A stretch of 59,719 nucleotides of DNA, counting the filler, from Squatina squatina (lineage: Eukaryota), in NCBI GenBank assembly GCA_031763465.1. It is 4 parts of 4 records of this genome, joined end to end, with 100 filler letters (N's around TTAATTAATTAA, not from the genome) between each part and the next. Parts side by side here need not be neighbours in the genome. Positions count along the whole stretch, not along the records: positions 1 to 15,197 come from JARFOE010000192.1; 3 more parts are not named here. One strand, 5' to 3'. Made by a program: the position numbers and the translations under genes. Shown piece by piece: positions 1 through 12,343 of the stretch. Numbering within the stretch: position 1 is the stretch's first letter; the number at the start of each line of letters is the position of its first letter. The notes beneath the pieces were generated by a model. The model did no database searches and was not told the DNA's origin. It was given only the letters and a program-made list of their open reading frames with translations.

Positions 1-14
1 TTTCCTGTCTCTTA

Positions 15-132
15 CTTAAAACATGTTACATCTGTAACATTTTCCAGTTCTGACGAAAGGGCATTGACCTGAAACCTTAATTTTGCTTCTCGCTCCACAG
101 ATGCTGCCTGACCTGCTGAGTATTTCTAGCAT
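15..132 (+). mobile_element. Penelope-like/MER6-like repeat 3' segment carrying a degenerate minimal hammerhead ribozyme core
   Basis: CTGACGA (50-56), stem AGG..CCT (58-70) and GAAA (71-74), followed by CCACAGATGCTGCCTGACCTGCTGAGTATTTC, a motif recalled from fish/shark Penelope-derived repeats. Confidence 0.6.
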
Positions 133-654
133 AATAGGGGTGAATTTGCTGCAACTAGAATAAAGTCATGATGTGGAAGCACTTGCGTTTTGTTCTGCAC
201 TATAAATAAGATATTCATGTTTTCCCATAGCTGAAATTTTACTTAAATACATCAAACGGATTGCCACCATATGATAAGTCATGCAGGAATAACCCATGAA
301 ACATCCATCAAACATCTATGTCTATTTTGATTGCATTGTTTAAAAGGTGTTGCATGTCGTTTACAAGCTCTGTGCTGGTATAGAGGACAAATATCAGAAT
401 AAAAAGTATCACATAGTTTAATTGGGATTCGGTCTGTCTCGTTTATGTTCAGGTTAAGTGTATTTGAATGTTTGGTGCTGTAGTTAGGAATTTGAAATTG
501 TTTCCGAGAAAGTTCAACGATCTGTCAACATTGGGTGAGCTTCAGTGACTGGTTCTCCCTCACCTAGTAACAAAGTTTGGATAGGTGCCAATGCTAGGAA
601 TTTATCTCCAATCCTGTGGTTGCTTTATTTCAAATGCTACTCAGTCACCCCACA

Positions 655-770
655 GTTATTAAGCAGAATTAAAAGGGTATGGGGAGAGGGCAAGAGAATG
701 GAAATAAATGGATAGCCCTCTGAGAGTTGCCACAGGTGCGATGGACTGAATTGCCTTTTGTGTTGTAAAA
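655..770 (+). mobile_element. CR1 LINE 3' tail remnant
   Basis: AAAGGGTATGGGGAGAGGGCA...GATGGACTGAA resembles the CR1 3'UTRs seen at 41960-42060 and 55570-55685. Confidence 0.55.
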
Positions 771-2294
771 TTTTAAATTACTGTTTTAGTTGAATCAAAA
801 TTTAAATGACCAACCTACAGTATATGTTTCTCTCAGTGAATCTTTGAAGAGGTGGGTGTCTGAGTAGGGATATATACATTCCAATGTTTCATTTGCCTTC
901 CTATAAATGTAACAAGGTTTTGAGATTTATAATATAATCTTGTGGAATCTTAATTTGAAAAGTAGCTCTGAGCAAAGCAAAACAATTTAAAGCTGCACCT
1001 GTGGGCAATGTGTTTATCTGGCTGAGAGTTATTGCTGTAATTTTAGAAGATAGTTTTAGTAAAAGGAATTGTCTGACTGCTCCCAATTAGGTGGAATGAG
1101 ATTAAGCTAACATTACACAATAATGACTCTTATTGCATCATGTTAGTTTGCTAGCTAAGTGCAGTCACAAACAATATGAAGATTATATAATCCATTTAGC
1201 ATTCTCTGTACTTGTATTTCTGATTGTTAGCAAGCAAAAATAAGTGAATTTGAAAATTTGCAGCTACAGTTAGGTGTCTACAGTATTCTCATTTACATTA
1301 ACTGTGTCTTAAATATCACATCAGCCTTGTAGTGTTACAAGAGATTTGGCTGTGCTAGGAAGCCTGTTGGAGTTGTTAGGAATTCAAGAAAAAAATTTTG
1401 GAACAAGTGCATCTTAGTGACTCATAAAACAAAAATGGTGCATAAATGATTTTAAGGAATATATCTACTCAAATTTAAAGGAACATGATCACTCGTGTCT
1501 TTGTATCAATTTTTGAAAATGTGTTCCTGTCTGTTCAACTACATTCAGAAAAACGGTGGCAGGCTATTCCATGACAGCTGTCATCACTTTGTTTCTATGG
1601 TCCACTCTCTGGGCTTTTTATTTCCAACAATGAGACCTTCTGCAGTATATATTAAAACACTGGCCAAACCCTGCGCTTTGTGGCTGGTTAACTGAAATTG
1701 CACCCACAGTTGAGACTTGAGTCAGCAACTAGATGGGAAGCAAATACCTAAATGTTGCACTGTGGCTCTCTTGTAGTGATGTAGTAGTGTCCAGTTCTTG
1801 CCAGTCAATTCAGTCGATAAATCTCTTCTGCAGTCAGGTATTTATGGTTTGTAAGCCTTAGGGCGCAACTTTTACATCAATGTGACCTGTAACATTTATG
1901 CTATGCAGGGGAAGAGTTTATATGGTCTATGCAAAGATGCATGGCTGATTAGCCAGGCCTACAGTTTAGACTCGTTAGTTTCATGATTGTATTTGTTTCC
2001 AGAAAGTTTTTTTTCCTAAATTAAGTGAAAATTCTGCCTGTCTTATTGAAAATTAGTGTTATGGTCTTGGGATCTGGAAAAACGCTGATCTGAATGGTGC
2101 CTTTCTGAGTTTGGGAACATCAGTAAATCAAGATGAAATTACTTTGTGTTGCTGTACTACATCAGCCAGGTACACTGAGTACAGGTTTAATGGTGATGCA
2201 GGAGGAAAACCACTGCGCAATCACCTTGCTGTTCAGTGGAGGAGTGTAGAGCTCCAAATTTACCCCTTTCAAATTAAAATTTCATATGAAGTAC

Positions 2295-2523
2295 CAGCTT
2301 GGCTCAGTGGTGGCTTCCTCTCCATATCAGAAGGTGGTGGGTTCAAGCCCCACTGCAGGGAATTCAGCACATAATCTAGCCGCACTTCCGTGCAAAACTG
2401 AGGGGGTGCTGCATTGTTGGAAGTGCTGTCCTTTGGATGAGATGTTAAACAGAGGCCCGATCTGCCCTCTCAGAAGAGCAGGGGAGTTCTCCCTGGTGTC
2501 CTGGCCAGCAGTCATCCCTCAAC
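2295..2523 (+). mobile_element. SacSINE1-like tRNA-derived DeuSINE, 5' part (truncated by gap)
   Basis: A box TGGCTCAGTGG, B-box-like GGTTCAAGCCC, body GATGAGATGTTAAAC...GAAGAGCAGGGGAGTTCTCCC; colinear with 42062-42483. Confidence 0.8.
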
Positions 2524-3349
2524 NNNNNNNNNNNNNNNNNNNNNNNNNNNNNNNNNNNNNNNNNNNNNNNNNNNNNNNNNNNNNNNNNNNNNNNNNNNNN
2601 NNNNNNNNNNNNNNNNNNNNNNNCGACAACACAGTTGATTTTTATCTTCTAAATCCATTAATATTTTTAGTAAACCCAAATGCTTTTAAAGTCTCCATTG
2701 TTCACCATCTTTTTCTCCCACAATATATTACTGAATTAATAGGAAAAAAAATCAATTAACCATTCTGTATTAACTTTTTTGTTTGAATTTTATACAATAG
2801 TGTACATTGCAACAATAGTAGCCAGGATTTTGTTGCATTCAAACCACCCTATAAATATTGTGATTGGAGCACAGGAAATGCACATAGGTGAATTGTAGAC
2901 ATTCATTTTGATCGAATTACAAACAATAGTATAGGTGCTTCAATTCCAGCACCTTTTTATTTTAATGTATGTTAAAAATTGAAATCTTGACTTATGTGGT
3001 CATGTTGTGAACGCGATATTTTCTTTAACGTGATAAAAGATTGCTTGGTGCCTTATCCCTAATCCCCTACCCTTTAAAACAGTTTGTGGTATGTTCCAAA
3101 GTGCATGGCTGCTACTACTGTGTAGCTTGCAAATCTCTTGACAGATCACGTTTAGATTTTGGATGGGCTATCTGCGCAAGCTGTGGAGAATTGGCTTTCA
3201 GTGTATTGTGCTACGCCTGACAACCGTAGTCTTGTCTCGGTTTGATCTTGTATTTAGAAGATGCAGATTGCCAGAGCAGCTTGGTAACTGGGGTTGTCAC
3301 TCGACCAATACTGTGCTTCTGTTTACTTTCCTTCCTGCAATAATGTCAG

Positions 3350-3385
3350 CTCCAGGATCTACAGAGAGCAGTAAGAGGAACTCCC
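3350..3385 (+). other. Candidate microexon (21 or 36 nt), host gene unknown
   Basis: Pyrimidine tract plus CAG acceptor ending at 3349; alternative donors GTAAGA (3371) and GTAGGT (3386), both giving lengths divisible by 3. Confidence 0.3.
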
Positions 3386-4065
3386 GTAGGTTAAACTCGT
3401 TTATGCCAAATTTTTACTGTGGGTGTTAAACCTTGGTCTGTTTACAAGACTGCTGTATTGTATTAGCTTAGTCTGAATAGGGGAAGTTAGTTTAATTTCA
3501 ACTCCTTGCAATTTGTGCAGTTTAGGGAATGCATATTTGAATAGAACAAATATTGTAACTCAAAATGTCAATACTGTATTCATGTACATTCTCTTCTCTT
3601 GTATATTCCTTTGGTACTGATTTAAAAAAAAATAACCTACATACAACTCTCAGGTTATGTAATATACTGGAGCTGTTTTTAATTCCGATCTGTCATGGAA
3701 CCTTGGTAGTGTTGTCTGTACAACTGTATAGTTGTAGATATTTTCTAATTGCTATTCTAATTTAATCAATGAACATTATTAATTCAGCAAGTAAACATGA
3801 CTGACAGTATTCGATTTGCTGAAGACTTCTCTTTTATTTAGAGAAACATTTAGAAGCATTTGTCAATGTAAAGGACTGTAGAGTCACTTGTGAGTATTGG
3901 AAAGTGACGAGCTGAAAATTGATTTTTTTATATTCAGTGACGGAATGGACTGACACTTCAGTGTGTATTATATAAGCTTGACTGCTACAGCAACAAAAGA
4001 AACTGCACTTTGGAGATCTGGTTATTGGATCTTGAAGGCATTTAATTGGGGATGAGGGGCTATAG

Positions 4066-4197
4066 TGTCAGCTGTGGCTCAGTTGATAACACTCTCGCCT
4101 CTGAGTCAGAAGGTTATGGGTTCATAAACTCCAATATCCCACTCCAGAGACTTGAACACACTCCAGTGCAGTACTGAGGAAGTGCTGTGCTGATGGA
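4066..4197 (+). mobile_element. SacSINE1-like SINE head
   Basis: TGGCTCAGTTG...CTCTCGCCTCTGAGTCAGAAGGTT...CAGTGCAGTACTGAGG matches the other copies in the window. Confidence 0.75.
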
Positions 4198-4297
4198 NNN
4201 NNNNNNNNNNNNNNNNNNNNNNNNNNNNNNNNNNNNNNNNNNNNNNNNNNNNNNNNNNNNNNNNNNNNNNNNNNNNNNNNNNNNNNNNNNNNNNNNN

Positions 4298-4435
4298 CAC
4301 CCCCCTTTAGGCAGTGCATTCCAACTCGCTGTATAAAGTTTTTTTTCTTATATTGCCATTGGTGCTTTTGCCAATCACCTTAAATCTGTCCTCTGATTCT
4401 CGACCCTTCCGCCAATGGGAACAATTTCTCTCTCT
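4298..4435 (-). mobile_element. CR1 LINE 3' fragment
   Basis: Similar to the reverse-oriented CR1 3' end at 40177-40440 (CCCTTT.AGGCAG.GCATTCCA, TTTTG.CAAT). Confidence 0.55.
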
Positions 4436-5342
4436 CGACTTCTGCAAATAAGTATATTTGTTTCATTCTTGAAAATTTGATTTGAGTTTAATATCCACCA
4501 TTCAGAAATTTTTGTGTGAGCATAGTTTGAGAATACTCTGTTGAACAATGTGGGATAGAAATAATTTCTATAAAATCCAAAATGGGAAACCAGTCAATCT
4601 GTAGTGTTGCATATTGTCTTTTATACCAAACCATTTTTGTTGCAGTACATAGAGCTCACCTTGACCTAATGTAATATGCAAGCATTAATGAAAACCGGAT
4701 ATTTCTGCATCTTCACATCTGCGTATGCATAATCACTTAACAATACTTAATAACTTGCGTATATGCAACACTTACTTCAAATTGATGTGGCCCTCGAGAT
4801 TTGATCACTTTTTAAGAGGACTCCAGTTTTGTGTGTGCTTTATATGCATGGATGGCCTGTATGTGTGCTAGTATGGTATTATCATTCTGTAGCAATTCTC
4901 TTCTGAGGAACACTGATCAATTCATTTAAGACTGCCATTAGCAAACTGAATTCAGAGGCATTGTAATATAATCAAGCAGAGATGTGACATTATATAAAAG
5001 GAGCATTGGTTCAATTAGCATTTCCAGCTTCATGCTGGACAAAATAGCATCTGCAGAACTCTCCGTACACAAGACAGAACCATTATTTATTAATTATTCA
5101 AGTGAGAAGCAGCTAAATGTAGACGTACGATTCCAGCATTGCTATAGAACAGACCAGCTTCACAGTGGGAGCCAATTTAATCCATGAAACAAGCCTTCAG
5201 TACCAGGCTATACCCCAGAAACAAAGATTATATAAACAACGGACGTTTTTATTGCAACAGTGGGCCCCCGATATTCAAAATATAATGAGCAATTCTAGGC
5301 TTAGTGATTTTCAAGCTGCACATTGTATTTGANNNNNNNNNN

Positions 5343-7779
5343 ATATTAATACAAACAGATGGTTTACAAAAAAACAAAAATAGGATATATGATAAATCTG
5401 CCACAGTAAAAATACATAAAGTTTAAAAGGATCGGGAAAGACTTGCTTTTAAGACACTTACGCTCTAGGCATGCATTTAAGGGGAAGTTAGATAAACACT
5501 TGATGGAGAAAGGAATAGAAAGTTATGCTAGTCGGGTCAGATGAAGGGGGTGGCAGGGAGCCTGTGTCGAGCATAAACACTGGCATTGGCCAGTTTCTGT
5601 GCTGCACATTCTATATAATTCTTTGCCATTTTCAGTAATTGCTTNNNNNNNNNNNNNNNNNNNNNNNNNNNNNNNNNNNNNNNNNNNNNNNNNNNNNNNN
5701 NNNNNNNNNNNNNNNNNNNNNNNNNNNNNNNNNNNNNNNNNNNNAGCATGTATTGCTTATATACTTAGACATAACACTGGCTACCAGTACTGTCATGTTT
5801 TTCTTAAATATATAAAGAAAAACATCAAACATGACAGTACTGGTAGCCAGTGTTAAGTATCAATTTCTTGTTTTATATACACACACGAACCAATACTGTA
5901 TTATAGTAAAAAAAAGTCATTCTAGGCTGGTCCAATGAAGACCCAGACTCTTGCTGCCTCTCCTATTTAAAAAAAAAACATCAATACATAGCAACACCAA
6001 GCCCCACTCAATTTACTGTACTGGACCAGTGTCTTTAATGTGAACAGTTACAGAGTAACAACTCAACTTCACAGGAAACTGCTCAAAAGTTTTATTAAAC
6101 TTTTAAGTACAAACCTGAAAAGTAAAAAAAAAACTCGCAATTACAACGTGAACTCTTTCCGCACAGAAATGAAAGGTGCAGAGCAGCACTAATAAATTAA
6201 ATGTCAATCAGTAAGCAATAGTCAAATATGTCTGCTCTCAAAGAAGAAACAAAAAATACATAGTAAGGCCATAAAAACTGGACAACCACATTTGAAAAAC
6301 ACTTGAAATCAGTTATGTTGTTAAATACTCCAAACAGTTCAGTCTTCTGCAGCAACAACAACCAACCAACCAACTAACAACTGGGAAAAAATAAAATGAC
6401 TTCTTGACAGTCACCACTGGCAAGCTCAGTGCAACATGGGTAGCTACAATTAATGTTGCATTTTCAGCAATGAAAACTAGTTATAATGAACAACGTTTCC
6501 CTTNNNNNNNNNNNNNNNNNNNNNNNNNNNNNNNNNNNNNNNNNNNNNNNNNNNNNNNNNNNNNNNNNNNNNNNNNNNNNNNNNNNNNNNNNNNNNNNNN
6601 NNNNNNNNNNNNNNNNNNNNNNNNNNNNNNNNNNNNNNNNNNNNNNNNNNNNNNNNNNNNNNNNNNNNNNNNNNNNNNNNNNNNNNNNNNNNNNNNNNNN
6701 NNNNNNNNNNNNNNNNNNNNNNNNNNNNNNNNNNNNNNNNNNNNNNNNNNNNNNNNNNNNNNNNNNNNNNNNNNNNNNNNNNNNNNNNNNNNNNNNNNNN
6801 NNNNNNNNNNNNNNNNNNNNNNNNNNNNNNNNNNNNNNNNNNNNNNNNNNNNNNNNNNNNNNNNNNNNNNNNNNNNNNNNNNNNNNNNNNNNNNNNNNNN
6901 NNNNNNNNNNNNNNNNNNNNNNNNNNNNNNNNNNNNNNNNNNNNNNNNNNNNNNNNNNNNNNNNNNNNNNNNNNNNNNNNNNNNNNNNNNNNNNNNNNNN
7001 NNNNNNNNNNNNNNNNNNNNNNNNNNNNNNNNNNNNNNNNNNNNNNNNNNNNNNNNNNNNNNNNNNNNNNNNNNNNNNNNNNNNNNNNNNNNNNNNNNNN
7101 NNNNNNNNNNNNNNNNNNNNNNNNNNNNNNNNNNNNTGTGCTGGTAAGGAGAAAAATATCACCTTTACTTTACTTTCAAAATCACCATTTTTATACTTTG
7201 TAAACCAGATCAAGTATCAGCTGCCATGACTCTAAAAACAATAGTACAATTTTCTAAATAGAAAAGCAAACTTTTCAACTTACACTTAACCAAAAACAAC
7301 ATAAAACTTAGCCAAACTGAAGCAGTTTCTTTCAAGTTTTACCTCCCCACTTCCTCCAAAAAGCTGCTCGCATGACTGAAATTGCAAGATAAAAAACACA
7401 GCACTCAACTTCAACCTAGTTCAAACGGGTTTAAAACATCCCACCTGTTCACAGTAACAAAAAAAAATCAAATGCAAGAGGTTTGCTTCAGCCAAAAGGG
7501 CAAATGCAAACTTGGATTACTGTTCAGCCCTTTGACTTGGTTTTTAAACAGTGAATGAAAACACTACTACTGCATTCCAAGGAATACTACCAATCGCAGC
7601 GTCTGGTGTTCCTAAAAGAAATAAGCCAACATTTTAATGCTAAAACAAACTGCTTTTTTTTTCTAAAAACAAAAACAGAAGTCATCTTTAGAGCTAGTGC
7701 AAAGACAGCTTGCATTCTTCTAGCAAGTACTCACAAATTATAGTACAAAAAAAACAACTGAGTACAAGACTTGGCAACT
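5343..7779 (-). other. JARID2: Putative JARID2 3'UTR (interrupted by gaps; distal limit uncertain)
   Basis: Directly follows the JARID2 stop codon; U-rich on the minus strand, several miRNA seed matches, and AATAAA on the minus strand near 6091-6096. Only 7136-7779 is contiguous with the CDS. Confidence 0.55.
5772..5855. repeat. Perfect 29-bp inverted repeat with 26-nt loop
   Basis: TAACACTGGCTACCAGTACTGTCATGTTT (5772-5800) is the exact reverse complement of 5827-5855. Confidence 0.95.
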
Positions 7780-7956
7780 TCATGGGGAACTTGTAGCACT
7801 TCTGGACAAGGACGAAAGTCGCGTTGCTGGCACATCGATGGTCGCTCGCTTTCGAGGTCCTCTTTTCAGTGCAGGCTTGCTGGTACTGGTATTGTTGTTG
7901 CTGCTCTTAGCTGCTGCTTTTCCACAGATTTGATTGACTAAATTGTTTATTTGATC
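7780..7956 (-). CDS. JARID2: JARID2 (Jumonji) last coding exon
   Basis: AG acceptor at 7957-7958. Translates [19 protein letters not shown]...[18 protein letters not shown]...SP*, matching the recalled JARID2 C-terminus ([13 protein letters not shown]...[18 protein letters not shown]). Confidence 0.93.
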   Translation of the reverse strand, partial: DQINNLVNQICGKAAAKSSNNNTSTSKPALKRGPRKRATIDVPATRLSSLSRSATSSP

Positions 7957-8824
7957 CTGTAATGTTAAACCATTAAAAATTACTACACTACCACAAAAAA
8001 CAGCAAAAATGTTCAAATACATTTGCACTGACTACTCGCCCCCCACCCCCCAACCTTGGCAGCATGAAACCCAGGTGATTTTAACAGGCCTCATCTGCAT
8101 GCCACCAGTCGGCTGCCCATGCAAAACAAAAATTTGGGCAACAGAAGACTGCTGCAGGGGCCCTGGGCATGGGAGACCTAAACTTTCCTTGTCGGCCTCA
8201 GAGAAACACTGCTGCATTCTTCACCTGGTGAGAAAGCCACAATGGTTTAAGTTAAAATTGCAGTCGGGGCCCCATGATGTCATCGAACCCTGATCTGCAT
8301 ATTAAAGAAGGACCCTGCAGGATTNNNNNNNNNNNNNNNNNNNNNNNNNNNNNNNNNNNNNNNNNNNNNNNNNNNNNNNNNNNNNNNNNNNNNNNNNNNN
8401 NNNNNNNNNNNNNNNNNNNNNNNNCTGTTAAAGACAGCCCAGCATATTTTCTTAAGCATTGTTGCAAGACACTTCAGTCACCAGGGAAACCTGGAAAAAA
8501 AAACTTGGCCGGGCCAGTTTAAAGAACAGTCTATTTGATGCTCTTGACTGTCTAATCAAAGCTAATGCTGTAGGTTTTACCCAAGCTTTAGTAACAGAGA
8601 ATCTTTAGCTTGTAAAAAAGAAATAGTACAGGATCCTGGGGTTTGATACCATGCAGGAGTAGATCACCTGCAGCCTATCGACAATACCATGACGACATTT
8701 TTGCATGGATCCTTGATACTACGGTTTTCCCAGAACCTGTCAAGCTGGGTGATGCATCTCCACTGTGAGGAGGATACACAAATGAGGCAGAATCAGTTTG
8801 TAACTAGAAACATATCTACCATCA

Positions 8825-8968
<144 letters not shown>

Positions 8969-10799
8969 TTAAATTAGTCAACCTGCAATTCTATTGGAGT
9001 TGTGAAGTGGTACAGTTACACAGTATTGCTGGTGTAATATTTGCGTGACTGTTGTGTAGGCAGAAATGGCCATCGTACCCTAACTGAGGTATATTTACTA
9101 GCCATGCGTATTTGATTTTAAATTTATTCCCATCTCTCCCAAGGATAAATCCATGTTCACTACATATTATTGGCTCAGAAAACCCCAATATTCTTTCCTG
9201 CCCCTACAGGCCATCACCCAGATATTCTTTCCTGCCTCTATAGACCACTGCCATACAGGAGCAGTCCACCAGAGATTTCCTGTCCTGGGCCAATAATATG
9301 GGCCATGGGCACCTCCCTGGGCAGTCCTGCCCCTAGCAGGGCCTAGCATCAACAGAAGGGGCAGGCTATTTCAACACATTGCAAGCCTGTCAGGCCACCG
9401 AGATCAGAGCCTCCTGGCTATTGCTGCAGATCACCCTCAATTGCCTCTAAAAAATCCTGAAACAGATCTACCTACCTTATCTTCCTGTCTTCAGCCAAGG
9501 GGCGGTCTGGTTGTGATTGTCCAGGAACAGGCCATGTTTCAATGGGCATCCTTGCTCTGGGGTGTTCAGCTAGCAATGTTCCAGGACAATGAGGTGGGAA
9601 ACCAGGAACTCCCCTTCCCATCTCATTCATAAATCTGTGGAGGACCAGCTCTGTGCACCCCCTCCCCCATCCCCCGATTTCAGTGAAGACCATGAAATCC
9701 TGCAACAACAGGAAATCTGGCAAATTGGGTCTCCATATTTTTTTCATGTCCTTTGCACCTGGGGAAATGGCTGTTCCCTGGGGCAAGGAATAAGAAAATC
9801 TACCCTGCTATTTCTAACTCTATTCCTTATAATTACCTCTGATCAGCTCATTCTTTCCACGTTCCGATTTGCATTTCAGAACTGCACGTTGCGTCACCTA
9901 TCAGAGGCTTTAAACTTTGGGCCTCTTGTCCAACTGGAATTCCCGCTGCTTTTTTCTGCTACTATCGACACCACAAATGTCACTTTATCCTCCTCACTTG
10001 CTTGACTCATCAGTTGCACTGTTGTCCACCCAGCTGTTGCCAACCCCCACCCACTTCTGTGAAGGACCATCTAACAGCGGGAGCACTTGTTGCTGGCAAC
10101 CTTGGTCCTTCCAACGATGGCAGCCAGAAATAACTGAGGGGACCAGATAAGAATTCCACCGGTTTTGGGGGCTTTTCAAAAATATACACCTCATCCCTCT
10201 GAAGAACAAAAAAAAAAGTGTATTAACTGTAAGTTTTTGTTTTGAGCTCACCCCTTAACAGGTCTGGCAGGAAAAGAAGTTGGTTTTGAGCATGGGCATT
10301 CATCGACCTCACCGGAAGAATGCCCATTGATCACCTGGCACTGCCCATTTGCTGTTGTCTCATGTTTTTTCATTTGGATGCGTTGGGCTAGTGGGGATGC
10401 TGTCTCTAGCTTTCATTACAGTGCGATCCTCTTGAAACAAAATCTCTCAAACCTTTACGGCAGGCGTGAAACCGGGAGCAGGAACCCAATCATTTTGTCC
10501 CTAATGGTTATCCAAAATCTTTACAGTNNNNNNNNNNNNNNNNNNNNNNNNNNNNNNNNNNNNNNNNNNNNNNNNNNNNNNNNNNNNNNNNNNNNNNNNN
10601 NNNNNNNNNNNNNNNNNNNNNNNNNNNNNNNNNNNNNNNNNNNNNNNNNNNNNNNNNNNNNNNNNNNNNNNNNNNNNNNNNNNNNNNNNNNNNNNNNNNN
10701 NNNNNNNNNNNNNNNNNNNNNNNNNNNNNNNNNNNNNNNNNNNNNNNNNNNNNNNNNNNNNNNNNNNNNNNNNNNNNNNNNNNNNNNNNNNNNNNNNNN

Positions 10800-11025
10800 G
10801 GCCAACGACACTGGGGAGAACTCCCCTGCTCTTCTTCAAAAAGTGTCATGGGATCTTTTACGTCTACCTGAGATAACAGGGTCTTGGAGTAACGTCTCAT
10901 CCAAAAGTGCAGCACTCCCTCAGTACTGCATTGAAACGTCAGCCTAGGTTATGTGCTCAAGTCTCTGGAGTGGGGCTTGAACCCATGAACTTCTGCCTCA
11001 GAGACCACTGAGCCAAGGCCGACAC
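10800..11025 (-). mobile_element. SacSINE1-like SINE
   Basis: Reverse complement of the head and body (GGGGAGAACTCCCCTGCTCTTCTTC, CCATG/TCATGGGATCTTTTACGTC, GGGCTTGAACCCA). Confidence 0.8.
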
Positions 11026-11439
11026 TTAACCAATTAAGGTGTCAGTCTCAGACTTAGGCTTAGGCTTAGGCTTTAACTAACAAACAACAGTAGCAGAGAC
11101 ACACAGTAGACTTTACAATATGTAGTTTTTTTTAAACTTAAGTATCTTCTTGAGTAAATAGCAAATAACTAAATAGTTGTGACTGCTCCTATGGGTGCTA
11201 AACTATGTATTCTTACACAGTGACCCTTTTCCTTTTCTCACTGTCTTGATCTATGAAGACTTCAGTCAAAGTCTCACATTTGAACCAGCCCTTGCTGAAT
11301 TTTCTCCTCCCAATCCTGGGAAAATTGTAGCTATCCACCTTGGTTGTAATTTGCCAACTTGGTATAGATCATTCAAAGCTGGGCTTTCCTGTCTATATGG
11401 TTATTTACTAAGACGCAAGGCAATCCTTCTTTCACTTAA

Positions 11440-11805
11440 GGACGTACACTTATTTAGTATCTTTCATGTTCCAAGGACGTCCCAAAGCAGTTTATGTTGA
11501 ATAGATTACTTTCGAAGTGCAGTCACTTGTTGTTCCATAGGCAAAGACAGCAGCTAATTTGTGCATAGGTGGAATAACCAGATGATCTGTTTTGGTAATG
11601 TTGATTGAGGGAGGAATGATGGCCAAACATCAGGAAAACGGCTTTGCTTCCTGTTGAATTGCGCAATATAATCTTTTTTATCCGCCTGATCAGGCAGACA
11701 GGAACCTCTGTCTCATAAAGAAGATGGAAACTCCTATTATTTCAGCCTAGATTGTGTGCTCACTCAAGTCCTGGAATGATTCTTGAACATTGTTGGCTCA
11801 GAGGC
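11440..11805 (-). mobile_element. Diverged DeuSINE copy
   Basis: GGACGTCCCAAAGC, TTTCGAAGTGCAGTCAC, GTTGATTGAGGG and CAGCCTAGATTGTGTGCTCA are reverse complements of the SINE body and tail. Confidence 0.6.
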
Positions 11806-12159
11806 CAACATTCATCCAGCAATCAGAAGTAATTAATGGTTCTAAAGTGCTTTGGGGCAGCCAGAGGATGTGAAAGTCAGTGATGAATGCAATTCCTTTC
11901 TTTTCTTGATCTATATACCACACCATACATTGCATTTACCCTCCCCTACTCCACATCAAAAATGTAATGCATTTTGATGCAGTATTGCAGGCATGCAATA
12001 TTCCCTTGGTTTGGCTGGGCACACGAGAATCTTTAGCAAGAGTGGAAGATAGTAAGAAACAAACCTAAAAAAAAACTTGCTTTTGCTGGTTAGTGACTAA
12101 AGTACAACTGCTCAGATACTGAACATTCCTATTCCCACCTTGACCAGCCTTCTACTCAC

Positions 12160-12343
12160 CATGGATAGGTAGCACAACTGCTGGCAGATCTGACACCTCC
12201 TCTCTGACGTTTCAGATGCTAACCACTTCCGTGATTTCTTCTTCATATCCATCATGGACAGGTGGCTGTCATGGCTACCGTAGCGAGCTGACGAATGCAA
12301 ACCCGCATCAAGCAGCTGTTGCCGTTGTCTCGACTCTGTATCC
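12160..12343 (-). CDS. JARID2: JARID2 internal exon (start of C5HC2 zinc finger)
   Basis: 184 nt, CAG acceptor and GTGAGT donor. Translates [25 protein letters not shown]...[28 protein letters not shown], close to recalled JARID2 ([13 protein letters not shown]...[18 protein letters not shown]). Confidence 0.95.

Noticed and set aside
6404-7229. Long ORFs here and at 15761-16639 and 40481-41477
   Set aside because: Made of X residues read through N gaps.
11053-11073. (TTAGGC)3 telomere-like run
   Set aside because: Only about three units and not the vertebrate TTAGGG; an ordinary microsatellite.
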